Under the pieces are notes generated by a model that did no database searches, was not told the DNA's origin, and was given only the letters and a program-made list of their open reading frames with translations. Source: Mytilus californianus (Eukaryota). From it: 64,000 nt of DNA. Positions 14,101 through 26,333 of this stretch are shown one piece after another (position 1 is the stretch's first letter; each line of letters starts with the position of its first letter). The stretch covers positions 36,084,001 through 36,148,000 of the forward strand of contig NW_026262690.1 in the NCBI RefSeq assembly GCF_021869535.1, given 5' to 3'. Both the position numbers and the translations under genes were made by a program.

Positions 14101-17100
14101 TTTGGTGCAAATTGCAAAAAAGAACCATCTAAGGATTCAAGAACTTCTGTGTGTTTTTGAACAATATTTGTTGGCGTTGAGTATCTATTTATATCTGTGT
14201 TGCTATCATTGGTAGGAGATGAGTCTCTACTCATTTGGGTACTAGCTAAACTGATTGGAGATAAATTCAAGTTATTTCTTAACATATCAGCTCTATCAGG
14301 ACTTCCAGTGTTTTGAATCATGCCTTTCTCAGAATGTGTAGTATATTTCATCACTTCTGCAGAATTATGGTATTTATCAGGCTCCTGTTCATACTTTTTC
14401 AAACCGCCTATAGATGCTGATTTTGTCTGTTGGTGTTTAATAGTGTGTAACTTTTGCCTTGGTGAATCAGGACTTACACCACATAAATAACACACAGTAA
14501 AATCTTGTTTATGAGGTGACAACACAATACTAGCATATTCATCTTCAGATATAAGTCTCACACCTCCATCCATCATGTATTCAAAATTGGAATGTTCTGT
14601 GCCTTTTGGCCATGCTACATCTGTTATTTTGGCATATAAAGCCTGAAAGTTAAAATAAAATAAATGTGGATAGTGTCCACATGTGGACACAGATGATGCC
14701 CCCACTTGCATTTCATATAGTTATAAAGGGACATAACTGAAGAACGGTAAAAGTGACGCTACCAAATTTAAACTTGATCTGAGTTTTGTGTGTAAGTCTC
14801 ATAACATTTGGTTGAGGCTAACTTAAGTAGAGAACAGAAACTAAAAATTCAGCAATTTTTCTATTTGTAAACACACATAACTCTAGAACCGTTGTGTATA
14901 AGTTTTATAACCATATATAACATTTGGTTGAAACCAACTAAAGTTAAAGAACGGAAACGAAAAATTCAGCAATTTTTATGTTTATAAAGGGACATAACTC
15001 AAGAATGGTAAAAGTGTTGCCACCAAATTTTGTACTAAATCTGTATTATGTAGTAATAAGCATTGTGTATAAGTTTCATAACATTTGGTTGAGGCAAACT
15101 AAAGTTAGAAAACAGAAACAAAAAATTTGTACTTGATCTTAGTTTTGTGGTAATGAATATTGTGTATAGGTTTCATAATGTTTTGTTGGGGCAAACTTAA
15201 GTTACAGAATGGAAACTAAAAATTTTGCAATTTTTCCATTTATAAAGGGGCATAACTCTCGAACTGTTAAAGTGATGCCACCAAAATTCATACTTGATCT
15301 GTGTTTTGTGGTAATAAGCATTGTGTATAAGTTTTATAACATTTGGTTGAGGCAAACTCAAGTAAGAGAACGGAAACCAATTTTGGGACGTACGTTCATA
15401 CGTACGTACGTACGTACATTCAGATGGACAAGGGTAAAACTTAATGCCCCCACCGCTACGGCGGTGGCATAAAAAAAGGAGAATGTGTCCATTTGACATG
15501 GATGATGCCCCCACTTGCATATATCGTTATAAAGGGACTTAACTCCAGAACATTAAAAGTGACACACCCAAATTGTAACTTGATCTGAGTTTTGTGGTAA
15601 AAAGCATTGTGAATAAGTTTCATAACATTTGGTTGAGGCAAACTAAAGTTAGAGAACGGAAACTAATTTTGGACATACGTACGGACGGAAAAGGGTAACA
15701 CTAAATGCCCCATATGTTGTGGTGGGGGCATAAAAAAGGTTAATTATTTTCTATAGTCAGCTTGCAGTATATATTCATATATTTATACAAAGAAGAGATG
15801 ACATTCATGTGAATGCTAAGTAGTTTTTCAGATAAAAGACTAGCTCTGTCAATACGACACTTTGGCTACTACCTGCCTCCCCCAACATGCAAGTTAAATG
15901 TTGGATAAGAGTATGATTCTAGCTTCTAAACAAATAAGAGGGTGCATGTTTTAATGCACTGTCTTCTTAATTGATCATAAATGAATCATGACTGTAGGTT
16001 CAGGGCCAAATAATCTCCATGGAAATGAGATATGCCAATACTATTGTAATTACATCTGCATGCCAAATATCATTTACTTAATATAGAGGGTCCCCTACTG
16101 AACTAATTAAAAACTTTTAACTACAATGTATGCAATAATTCCAGTCAATGTACCATGACTCAGTGGGAAATCTAGTGACAAAATATTACCTCCCCTGTAA
16201 ATATTGAAAACTAGATCTTCTCAATGTTTGTCCCATTTTAGCAAGGATGCTATCAATTATGGATTCACGTTCTGGTAAATAGTTAAAATAGAAATAAGTT
16301 GAAATAAAAACAAAGTTTCCATTCAATGTTATCATTTCCCTCCTTAAGTTGCAAACGACGAGTACAGCAGGCTATAGAAGCTTGATGTAAAACTGGTTTA
16401 AAATGCCTGGAGTACCAACTTCAATTTATTTTTCTACTGGCTGTATATCTTTCTGGAACATGCTAATTATCCGAATATATATACAGCTAGATCAGAGAAA
16501 GTCAGGGAAAAAAATTCCAAAGGAATCGATTGATATGCAGCAAAGATTGGCACTTTTGAAATTAAGTTACTAAGCAAATTCAAACGGACCTTATCTCGAG
16601 GTAAACATTGAATGTGAAAAGATCGAGAAGACCGCAAATAAATGCACAAAAATCGAGACGATCTTTTCTTAAAATTGTATAAAAAATAGCAGAAAGATAC
16701 CTACTTTATAAAAATAGTTATTAGGCAGTTAAGCTGCCTTATGCGAGCACCCTAGATTTGTGTTCTACCCAATAGATGCTGAAATACGTGCCATTGTTAT
16801 TATTTAGCTGGCTATTATGTTATTTATAACTAATTGGACATTTTTTAAAACTTTTATTTCTGGAATACAAAAAATATGACCAGAAAAACCTTAAGAGATC
16901 GTCAACTACCCAAAACTTTTGAAGTTGCACATAGGAAGTAGTGCTCAATAGAAATCCGTACGTAGTTTATTATCCCCTGTGCTTTTGGCTAAGATGTCAA
17001 AGAACAATTGTATGAAATATTTCATCGCCGAAAATCGGTAATTACAAGTCGTTTATATTTCCCAAATGGCAAAATGTGCAGGAATATTGTTCATGTACAA

Positions 17101-20100
17101 CAAATCTCTATGATAGAGGAAATAAAGTTATATAAGTGGGCGGTAATTTTTAACTTATCTTGCCAAATAAGGTAGTTGTTATTTTATGAATGAAACGAGG
17201 TCATGAAACAGATGCGGAAATCGACGTTGATGGGATGTTTTAAATAATGTGGACAACTTGTCCCCGAAACAAGTCGGACCGAATCCACTCAAACCGTCTA
17301 AGAAGACAACTTTGACGTTTGTCAGATTTACTTAGGGTTACATAAAATATTAGACTAACATGTCTAGCGGAGCCATTAATTGTGCATTGGGGTCTATTTA
17401 GGGGTATTTGGAGGGGCCAGAAGAAGGGAGGGGTTTACTATAGAACCCTATGGGATTTTATTTTTTTTAATTTTCAAATGACTATTTCTCGAAAACAGTA
17501 AGTGATAGACACATGCAGTCTTCAATAATGAGCACAGGACAATACAAAAAATCAACCAAAATATAGGGTGAGTCCCTGGGGGTCATCCCAACCCCCTTCA
17601 ATTTGAAAATGTACTTTTATCTTGTAAACCTTAGCGATCCCCACCCCTAAATAATATATATACTTGTATGGGAAAATAAAAGCAATCAAATGAAAATAAT
17701 TTGGGGGAGTCCCCGGTGTCATCCCACCCCCTCCTGTTTGAGAACTTGGAAATGGTCGAGATCCCCACCCCTAAACCATATATATTCATGCATGGGACAA
17801 TAAATTTAATCAAATGAAATATAGGGGGAGTCCCTGGGGTCACCCCACCCCTCCTGTTTGAGAACTTGTAAACAGTCGAGATCCCCACCCCTAAACCATA
17901 TATATTCATGTATGGGACAATATAACAAATCAAATGAAATATACGGGGAGTTCCTCGGGTCACCCCACCCCTTCCTGTTTGAGAACTTGGAAATGGTCGA
18001 GATCCCCACCCCTAAACCATATATATTCATGTATGGGACAATAAAACAAATCAAATGAAATATAGGAGGAGTCCATAGGGACACCCCACCCCCTCTTGTT
18101 TGAGAACTTGTAAACAGTCAAGATGCCCACCCCTAAACCATATATATTCATGTATGGGACAATATAACAAATCAAATGAAATATTTGGGGAGTTCCTGGG
18201 TTTACCCCACCCCCTCCTGTTTGAGAACTTGGAAATGGTCGAGATCCCCACTCCTAAACCATATGTATTCATGTATGGGACAATATAACAAATCAAATGA
18301 AATATAGGGGGAGTCCCTGGGGTCTACCCACCCCTCCTGTTTGAGAACTTGTAAACGGTCGAGATACCCACACCTAAACCATATTTATTCCATATTTACT
18401 TTAATTATTTATTAAATTATTTCTGGGCCTATAATAATTTTCATTTATGGCTCATTTTAAAGAAAACATATAAATCTTTTAAGCAGTGTAAAGCCCAAGA
18501 ATGTTTGACCAACTGTTTTATAATCACCTGTCATTTTATTCCAAACTTGGTATGGAGTAACATAATGCACTTGGGGGTGAAGATGGGGTTCATTTACATT
18601 GATATATGAGTTGCTTTTGAAAACCTTAATGAAATATTAATTAATTTGCCTTAATAATCAATTCATTTAATGAACATAAATGTACAATATACGAATGTTT
18701 AATGTTTGTTCTTTGAATGCTCCATGCATACAGTACAATAAGTGATTATCCTGTGTAGATAATACTTAGAACAGATATCAATTAACACAGAGTACTGTAA
18801 TAATATATATTTAATGAGGCGGGTTGCTGGTTAAGAGAGTTAATTATCATACAACCATATTGGCATAATTTCTTGAATGAACTGTGTGGATGAGGAAGTA
18901 TTTTTTGTTTTAACATATGCCTATTTTTAGCAATGTTGGCTAACCATAATTCGCCAAAAAGATAAAAACTTATCTATTTTAAGTAATGGTCAAGGTTTAA
19001 TAGCTTCTATCAATCAGACTTTTTTATTTAATCTCTTTTTTTTCTATTTTTTTTATGATACGATTATCAAAATTAACAGAAGTGAGAGGCATCACCTATA
19101 ATTCTTGGGAAAAGGTCACAGTTACAACATTTCTACATGACTTGTTAGAATTTTAAATGGAATTTACAGAAGAATTTCTATCCATAATTCTAACTGAATC
19201 ATTAATTAGGTACCAACTGGCCTATCAAAATGTTTTTCTGAATTTATTATTAAATCGATTTTTTATTTATCATTTGCCAAAAGCTGTTCTATTTGTAATA
19301 CCTTTGGCAACATTGGTTAGTTGCAATCCTCATCATTAATAAACTACTATGGTCTTACAGGTGAAATATGGTCCAAAATGACCAAGTAGTTTCAAAGAGG
19401 AAGATTTTTCTAAGATATACTTTGAAAAGTATTTATCATGTTTATAGGAGGCTTCCTCTAACATGAACTGGTGTCAAGAATCCAATCGTTGTTACCATCA
19501 AATTATGTGAAATGTGATATAAGCTAACACAGCCTTGTCATGTTTGTGTGTAAAATGAATTAATCAAATTACCATAATCTGGTCATCTTCTATAAGGGAA
19601 TGACATACAAATGGTCTCTCCGCAAATCTATTTCTGAAGTCCAAAGCCTGTAACACTTTCTGTCTATAATCACTTGTTACAAACTCACATCTCTGACCAA
19701 TAGTCTTCATACCTTTAAAGTATATTAAATAAAAAAGAAATTTATAGGAAAGATTTGCATGGGATTATGAAATAAACAAACTGCCCACATTCTATCATAT
19801 AAAGAATACCTTATTTTGGGAAACCAGTCTTTTAATCCTATTCATTTCAGATACCAAAAGAGCTAGGTTAAATTTCATTATCACCAGCTGGGGGAAAAAT
19901 CTAAATAATTCTAAAGGTTAACTAAGTTAATAACTCTAACAGTATAAATGTTTGTCAAAATGGAACTTGACCTGTATTTCATAATCCATGATATTGAGTT
20001 CACAGTTCAAAAGATTTGGTGGAGTGATACTTTAAATATCTTCCTGAATTTGTTTTTTAACAGGAAGATATTTAAAGTAAGATATATAAGGGACATAACT

Positions 20101-21596
20101 CTTGATTGGTAAATGTCAATATTCATCAAAATTGAAATTGACCTGTAGTTAATGATCCATGACATTGACTTCAATAGATTAAGTCCTGTGGTACTTTAAT
20201 TGAAAATTGAAAAAAAAAGTTTGGCAACTTAGGGGCATAGCTTTTTTAATTGGCAAATGTCAAAACCATTGTATTCATACTTGACCTGTATCTATGACAT
20301 TTTGTTCAAATTTCAAAAGATTTGGTCAGGTGGTACTTTAATATCATCAAGAAACTGAAGAAAACCCAAACTTTAAGGCAACTTAGGGCATTTATAACTA
20401 TTGAACAGTATAAAAAGTCAAAACCATTAAAATCTAAAATATTTTATGGTCAATGACAATGTATTTAAGTTGCAAAATTTTTTTGCGAAGATGTATAATC
20501 AATTTTATCCAGAACTGAAGAAAACCCATTTTTTCAGGAAAGTAAGGGCCATAACGCTTGAACAATACATGTCAAAACCATCAATATCGAACTTGACTTG
20601 TAATGTTAGGTTCAATTAAAAAAATTTGGTGAAATTGGTATTTTCATTCCAAAACTTCGTTCATTTCTGTATATCATATTTGTTTTTCGTTTATTGTATT
20701 GTGCATAAATCAGGATGTTAGTTTTCTAGTTTGAATTGGTTTAATATATTTTTCATTTCAGGGCCTTTTATAGCTTGTTATGCGGTATAAGTTTTTCTCA
20801 TTGTTGAAGGCCATACAGTGACCTACAGTTGCTAACGTCATTTGGTTTCTGGTGGAGAGTTGTCTCATTGGCAATCATCTTCAAATTCTTATTTCTATAT
20901 TGTTATGGATGGACAGATGAACAAATGGATGTGTGCATCACTGTATACACCCTCTTTGAGGCGGCGTATAAATATGATAAATATCATCCAGTTGATTTAA
21001 TATAGACGTCATAAAACATACAGCATTTAATATAAGTACATGTACCATCAGGATGTAGGACCATAAGTGTTCATAACTGTATAGCAATACATATTGTTAG
21101 GGTTTTATAACAAAATCAATATTAGTACTGATAAAAATAATATTCAAAGATCTTATTACAGTGTTAAATTGATAACCTTACAGAATAAGATTATTCAAAG
21201 AACAATATCAAGTTTATATTAATTGTAACTTTATTTACAGGATCTATAAACATCAACACCATACATGCCATAGTCCAGTGCATATTATCTATTCAAGGTG
21301 ATAATAACCTGATGCCAATTGATCCTCTTTTGGTGGTGTCATACATTCTTTAGATGTATTAATCATGGCCTACACTATATTTATCAAAGAAACCTTTTTG
21401 GACAATTGCAAGAGCAAAGCAGGGTACTTTTACATCTAACATGATGCATACCATGTGCAGGATGGATCAGCTGTCCTGGACTTTCATGATGGACAAATGT
21501 TGAGCCACAAGGGGAAAGCTGTAAACATGACTGGTCAGAATATCTCACTTCAACAGCATCATCTGTAAACAGTGTCATTAACACAGGAGCTGCCAT
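2139..21596 (-). CDS. C5orf34: C5orf34 orthologue (DUF4524/DUF4520-type protein), 12 coding exons, 824 aa
   Basis: Exons (minus): 21452-21596, 19573-19712, 13787-14642, 12990-13224, 11949-12066, 11254-11345, 9338-9401, 5990-6187, 4763-4896, 4358-4459, 3889-3929, 2139-2488. All GT-AG with matching phases; total 2475 nt = 825 codons. Motifs recognised as in human C5orf34: MAAPVLMTLFTDDAVEVRYSD..LQLSPCGS, QRCEFVTSDYRQKVLQALDFRN, VEIYPGDGSV, RTYSIKALPP, CCWK, GRFSAFSNGHIRILF, ELQKIKCFN, C-terminal SVREALLRTSSAIKDIDEII. The exon-3 donor (13787) is the least certain boundary. Confidence 0.92.
2649..2823 (+). repeat. Abundant Mytilus-type interspersed repeat (gaggg(g/a)cgaaagataccagagggacagtcaaactc..)
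   Basis: Near-identical copy at 41058-41190 and a degenerate copy at ~1085-1250. Confidence 0.8.
2967..3127. repeat. 161-bp long hairpin, part of a ~400-bp insertion in an 83-bp tandem repeat
   Basis: cgattatcaggttgtctgcatat..atatgcagacaaccagataatcg; 83-bp units at 2884-2960 and three at 3381-3615. Confidence 0.85.
7385..9118 (+). mobile_element. Non-autonomous element with ~150-bp 'gaggcaaactaaagttagag' units, GGAC microsatellite and 3' hairpin (host of the 7713-8864 insert)
   Basis: Same ends (ggagaatgtgtc..gatgccccc; aagggt..cttaatgcccc..gc..ataa) as the copies at 14658-15740. Confidence 0.7.
7713..8864 (-). mobile_element. Helentron-like non-autonomous element (HINE) with two ~500-bp internal repeats, nested in another element
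   Basis: Hairpin AGGCTC-tcaa-GAGCCT and GCTCACCTG at one end; GACG microsatellite and CTGGTGAGCT at the other. Inserted in an A-run without TSD inside a host element (7385-7710 plus 8868-9118). Confidence 0.75.
9427..10720 (+). mobile_element. HINE-type element with about six ~148-bp central tandem repeats (9770-10620)
   Basis: Repeated tacccccaaactcaat..ccctttgtg..gagatccatacact..caagttattgtc units; GAC microsatellite; terminal hairpin TATACGAC..GTCGTATA. Confidence 0.75.
13290..13372. repeat. 23-bp minisatellite, about 4 copies
   Basis: (atatttagagagttaatgagtat)n. Confidence 0.9.
14658..15740 (+). mobile_element. Two head-to-tail copies of the 'gaggcaaactaaag' HINE family
   Basis: Copy 1 14658-~15472 (with GTAC microsatellite and terminal hairpin gcc..accgc tac ggcggt ggc), copy 2 ~15473-15738. 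Confidence 0.7.
17560..18395. repeat. ~121-bp tandem array, 6 clear units plus a degenerate one, with ABABAB variant order
   Basis: Units begin aatcaaatgaaa at ~17684, 17809, 17929, 18051, 18172, 18292; they alternate ttggaaatggtcg and ttgtaaac(a/g)gtc. Confidence 0.9.
19960..20640. repeat. Degenerate tandem units (ttgacctgta..aaaagatttggt..) related to 55380-55800
   Basis: Recurring cttgacctgta / aaaagatttggt / gtggtacttt motifs at both loci. Confidence 0.6.
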
Positions 21597-21892
21597 CCTT
21601 TAATCATTTATATTGGACAGACCTTTACTGAAAATGAACAAAATATAGTACAAGAACATATATACATGTAAAAGCAGACTAAAATCTCACAGCCAGCTGG
21701 CTTACTCATTTCATTGACAGATATAACATGTATAAAGCAGTCCAACTCATAAAATAGAATCAACATTCATATTACCTTATGTTTTATAAGCCTCTATTAG
21801 TGATGTTCCTGTTACCATGGTTATCGAATATAACCAAAAAACGACCAATTATTGTATTTTCGAATAAACCATAATCAATAATCGATAAAAGT

Positions 21893-22153
21893 CACAGGCG
21901 CTTGGGTATATGATACAGATATTTTTTTGGGATTTTTTTTTGTTGTTGATTAAAATATTTAATTTTCTATATTTATACTACATATCTATCACTACTGCGC
22001 ATGTCTCACCTAGTTTCGAGTGATTTTACCAACTCTTGAGACAACCCCCATTAATTTCTTAGTGTGGATAGTAAAAATGGGGGTTGTCTCAAGAAAATTG
22101 AATATTTAAAAAAAAATATCTGTATCATATACTGATATACCCAAGCGCCTGTG
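21893..22153. mobile_element. 261-bp MITE with 8-bp TSD (hAT/P-like)
   Basis: TIRs CACAGGCGCTTGGGTATA / TATACCCAAGCGCCTGTG; exact TSD ATAAAAGT at 21885-21892 and 22154-22161; internal inverted repeat TCTTGAGACAACCCCCA / TGGGGGTTGTCTCAAGA. Confidence 0.9.
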
Positions 22154-22519
22154 ATAAAAGTTAAAAAAAAAAATCTACACGAGTTATTTTTTTATGGAAA
22201 CATTTTGAGACCTTTTGAAAATGTAAAGACTGCCTCTAAACACCCATAACATATCTATTTTGTACATACACATTAATGAGACTTGTATAGGGTATATTGG
22301 GATACGGGATGTTTGCCATTTTAATTTTAGGGAGATGGGATATTTGTCCTAAAATTAAATGGGATATGGGATATTGAATTTTGAACATGAAAAATAATGT
22401 GGAATTTAAAAGTTAAGTCCAGAAATATTTACATCTCACTTGATAAAATTGCCAAAACTAATTTACTAGAAAAGGTCATTTTAGTGCTTTGTTGATTTTC
22501 ATTACATCATAATTCCAGA

Positions 22520-25500
22520 CAAATGAAAGCAACGGCAGGAAGAGTTATTGGTGTGCAACTTCTTGTTTATAGCATATTTGTGCATAACCACTTTATATAC
22601 ACACTGTATCAACAGACATTAAAAAGGGGGATTTTTTGCTTACCATGAAATTGATGATACATTTATATACAATGAGATTCATAGAAATGGTACAATTGAT
22701 TGTTAGAAAGTTCATGGCATTTCTCCAGTTACAACAACAGATGAACATAGAATAACCGCTTTAAGGATATATTTCTTAGATATTGATAACAAAACAGTAA
22801 AGGAAATAAATGTAGAGACCAAAGTTGTCAAACGATTGGCAGATACAGGTAGAGCTGGAAGTGAAGATGGATGTCAAACGACTGCTCAATTTCAGCAACC
22901 TACTTCTATGTGTTCAGAGATGAATCCTGTTTGTATGTGATACTGCTGTTGGTCAAGTGAAAACGATAACCCCTAGCAGTAGTTTACTCATATATTTAGA
23001 AATTTTACACAAACTCTTGTCAACATTTTGGTTTACTAAAGACAAACAGAACTTCTCAATAGATGATGCTATTTCAAGACTAGCTGACATTGATGACTTT
23101 CTTTGTCTTTGTGACATTGAGATTAAAACAATGACATCAGAAAACCATGCTCTTCAAAGTCCAGATGGTGCAAATTCAATGCAGACGAAACATGACATTT
23201 CACAGTTAATCACTGCGTTGAAAAAAAGTCTTAGGGATGTTGTGAATGAAACACAACCTTTATTCAAGGCAAAATTCTCGACGAAAAGTACATCCACAAC
23301 CATTGTTGAAAATCTTTTCTATGAGATGAGAGCAATTGATGACACACCAGTAATGATACAATTCGCTCGCAAATTTTCAAATTGTGTACAAGAACTATTT
23401 AAAAAAAATTACACAGATGTGTTTCTTGTATTATACTAGTGAGTATTCACATTATGAAAATTTTTCAAGTTATTGCTTGAATTATCATTCTCTTGAGGAA
23501 ATGTCTCATCCCAAAGAAGTAAAACTTTCAGACACAAAAATAAATGCAATGAGAGATAGAAAGTAGAAAATGGACAGTGTGTTCGCCAGTTAACGATAAG
23601 AAACATGAGCACCAAAGACCACGCAGGAACTTTTCTTTTGCATTGTTATATAAGGAACTACCTCCAGATGTTCATGAGCTAGATGTACATATACCAGAAA
23701 CTGTAGGTTCTACAGTTGAAATCCAGGAAATCAGAAATGTAATCTACAGCAAGGGATCAACAGTAGGTGTTTTTAAACGTGATATCAAAGGTCTACCATC
23801 TAGTCCTTTTTACATTGTCATCACATCAGATTGCTATAAAATGCCTGATGCCAAATTTTTGGGAAAGTGGTTTGCTCAGGACAAAATTCCCCCTCTTGAT
23901 TTCGTTGAGTGTACTATGCAGAAACATCAGAAACATTTATAGTAGAGAGTGTTATTGAAATTTACTATTAGATGACTTTCAAGCTGAAGACGATGGGATA
24001 GTAATTTATGCGACTGTCATACAAGTGAGAGGTTTAGCTAGCTATAAAACCAGGTTTAATCCACCATTTTCTACATAAGAAAATGACTGTATCAAGTCAG
24101 GAATATGACAGTTGTTATCCATTCGTTTGATGTGTTTGAGCTTTTGATTTTGCCATTTGATTAGGGACTTTCCATTTTGAATTTTCCTCTGAGTTCAGTA
24201 TTTTTGTGATTTTACTTTTTATGAAGATTCCTTTATGCTTGCATGACAAAAGTGTGTATAGCTTTGAATATAGTTTACTCTGGCACAAATATCGATTTTG
24301 TCATCAGCAAATTAAAACATAACTAAATTTGTATTCTTTTCAAACGGTGTTTGGGATGTATAAATACACATCCACTTTCATTTTCTATATAGAGATTACT
24401 CTATCTATATATAAAATTATACATATTTATTAAAAGGTTAACTCCTAACTATCCTACTGCCTGTCGATACTTCTACTTTGGCAGTGCACAAGCCATGTCT
24501 TCTTTGACTGTCCATGATAGTAAAACACTAAATCCTTGGGATGTGTTTTTAAATTAGTTGATTTTAGTCTGTTTTTGGCTTTTAACTAGCTTTCTGTAAC
24601 TGCCAGTACGCTCAAATCGTACTTTAGTGTTAATTTAACCTGTTGATACAAGTTGTATATACGTGTTCAGTGTGACGATAAATTTTCACTTTTGTTCTCG
24701 TACTATGAATAACAAAATTATCTATTTTGTATTAAAAAATATTTCCGTACTCCATGTATACCTTACAACAAAATTATTTTAATCTACTTGTGTACGTTAT
24801 TTTATTTTGCGGCATTTTATCCAAGGTTATGGTTGTCTTTCTGTTATTGGTTTACATCTAACCCCCTTGTTTTTATTAATTTTGTATTTACATTGTGTCG
24901 TAGATCATGTAGATCAAATTTATTCGTTCAATGTATATAGATATAAGATGTGGTATGAGTGCCAATGAGACAACTCTCCATCCAAGTCAAAATTTATAAA
25001 AGTAAACCACTATGTTCACTTGTTTTAATATATCTTTTGATTGAGTTAAGCCATTTCAATTGATATTTCATGGTGTGTCTTTCTATGTTGTGATGTTACA
25101 CTATTGTTTCAGGGTAGGGTGAAGGTTGGCGCCTATTAAAACGTTTCAACCCGCTGCATTTGTTTGCACCTGCCCTAAGTCAGGAACCTGATGTTCAGTG
25201 GTTGTCGTTTGTTGATGTGGTTCAAAAGTGTTTCTTGTTTTTTATATAAATTAGACAGTTGGTTTTCCTGTTTGAACTGTTTCACACTATTCATTTTTGG
25301 GGCCCTGTATAGCTTGCTGTTGGTGTGAGCCAAGGCTCTATGTTGAAGGCCGTACTTTGACCTATAATGGTTTACTTTTACAAATTGTGACTTGGATGGA
25401 GAGTTGTCTCATCAGAACTCATACCACATCTTCTTATATCTATATAAGATCAGATATGAATTATGTCACATTACAAGAAGAGGTGGAGATGGATTTAGAG

Positions 25501-25590
25501 GAGGCATCTGAAACCAATGTTGACCCTTTACACACGAGAGGAAAGAGGAAGCGAAAATCTCTATCTGACACTGCCTTCATATTTTACTGA
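22520..25590 (+). pseudogene. Decayed transposase-like gene with NHL/beta-propeller motif, split by nested insertions (~24022-25445)
   Basis: Frameshift-corrected reading: ..RLADTGRAGSEDGCQTTAQFQQPTSMC../LFVCDTAVGQVKTITP..LEILHKLL..STTIVENLFYEMRAIDDTPVMIQFARKF../FLYYTSEYSHY..*..CVRQLTIRNMSTKDHAGT../..PFYIVIT..GKWF.., then a C-terminal piece SDMNYVTLQEEVEMDLEE..RGKRKRKSLSDTAFIFY* at ~25450-25590. In-frame stops at 22704 and 23564 plus several frameshifts. Confidence 0.7.
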
Positions 25591-25629
25591 TTTAGTGATA
25601 ATTACTTTTAAATAACATGCCTATATCAA

Positions 25630-25805
25630 CATACACCTTATCGCTATTCCCGGCTGACCCGAGAATCTGTCCCGCTTGAACTTTTGACGTCATACAAAAA
25701 TCACTTTTCCATTGTGGCGACAGATATTTTGTATTGTGACGTCAAAAATTTACGGGAACCTGTGTGATGTCCAGTAATGGTGGACAAATAGCGATAAGGT
25801 GTATT
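25630..25805. mobile_element. ~175-bp MITE nested in the 3.9-kb element
   Basis: TIR atacaccttatcgctatt / aatagcgataaggtgtat; two internal TGACGTCA. Confidence 0.75.
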
Positions 25806-26333
25806 AACTTTTTATGTATCCACTGACGTTACAAACGTTACAAACGCTTAATTATATATTGGCTATTCCAAAGACATGTAGATTCAAATTTAAAGGCCTC
25901 TGGTTAATTCTGAATGATTAACTTTTCTCTGTGAAAAAGCTAATATCCTTACTACAACATGTATTTACGAATGTTGTATACAAAAATTGGTTTGGGAATG
26001 AATTAATGATTTTTTGGGATATTTGTAATATAATATAATAGTTTTAGGGATACGGGATATTTGTAAAAAAAAAAATACTTATTGGGATATTATGGGTAAA
26101 TATTATAGGGATATGGGATATTGGGACAAAAACTTAAAGGGATATGGGATATTGATACCCCCCTTAAACAAGCCTCATTAATTATTTTAAATTGAAAAGG
26201 GGATAATTTTTCAACAATTTTCCAGATCGAGCTAAATTCATTGCCAAAACTGCAGATTTACAAAATCTTCAAGAAGCTCTTCGTGTTTATACGTATTTTG
26301 ATTACAGTAACAAAAAACAACTGATAAACTTAC

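Larger units (their letters stand above)
22277..26177 (+). mobile_element. 3.9-kb TIR DNA transposon derivative of unclear superfamily in the C5orf34 5'-UTR intron
   Basis: Left TTAA|TGAGACTTGTATAGGG; right end reverse-complements to TGAGGCTTGTTTAAGGG and is followed by TTAA (22273-22276 / 26178-26181). GGGATA(T/C)GGGATAT subterminal repeats at both ends (22288-22375, 26016-26152). Contains a decayed ORF and nested repeats. Confidence 0.75.

Noticed and set aside
17631-18296. Several repetitive minus-strand ORFs (MICYIVPYMNIYGLGVG..)
   Set aside because: Translations of the 121-bp tandem array.
17684-18395. CRISPR-like regularity here and at 53024-53374 and 42142-42540
   Set aside because: Contiguous tandem units without unique spacers, in a eukaryotic context with no cas genes.
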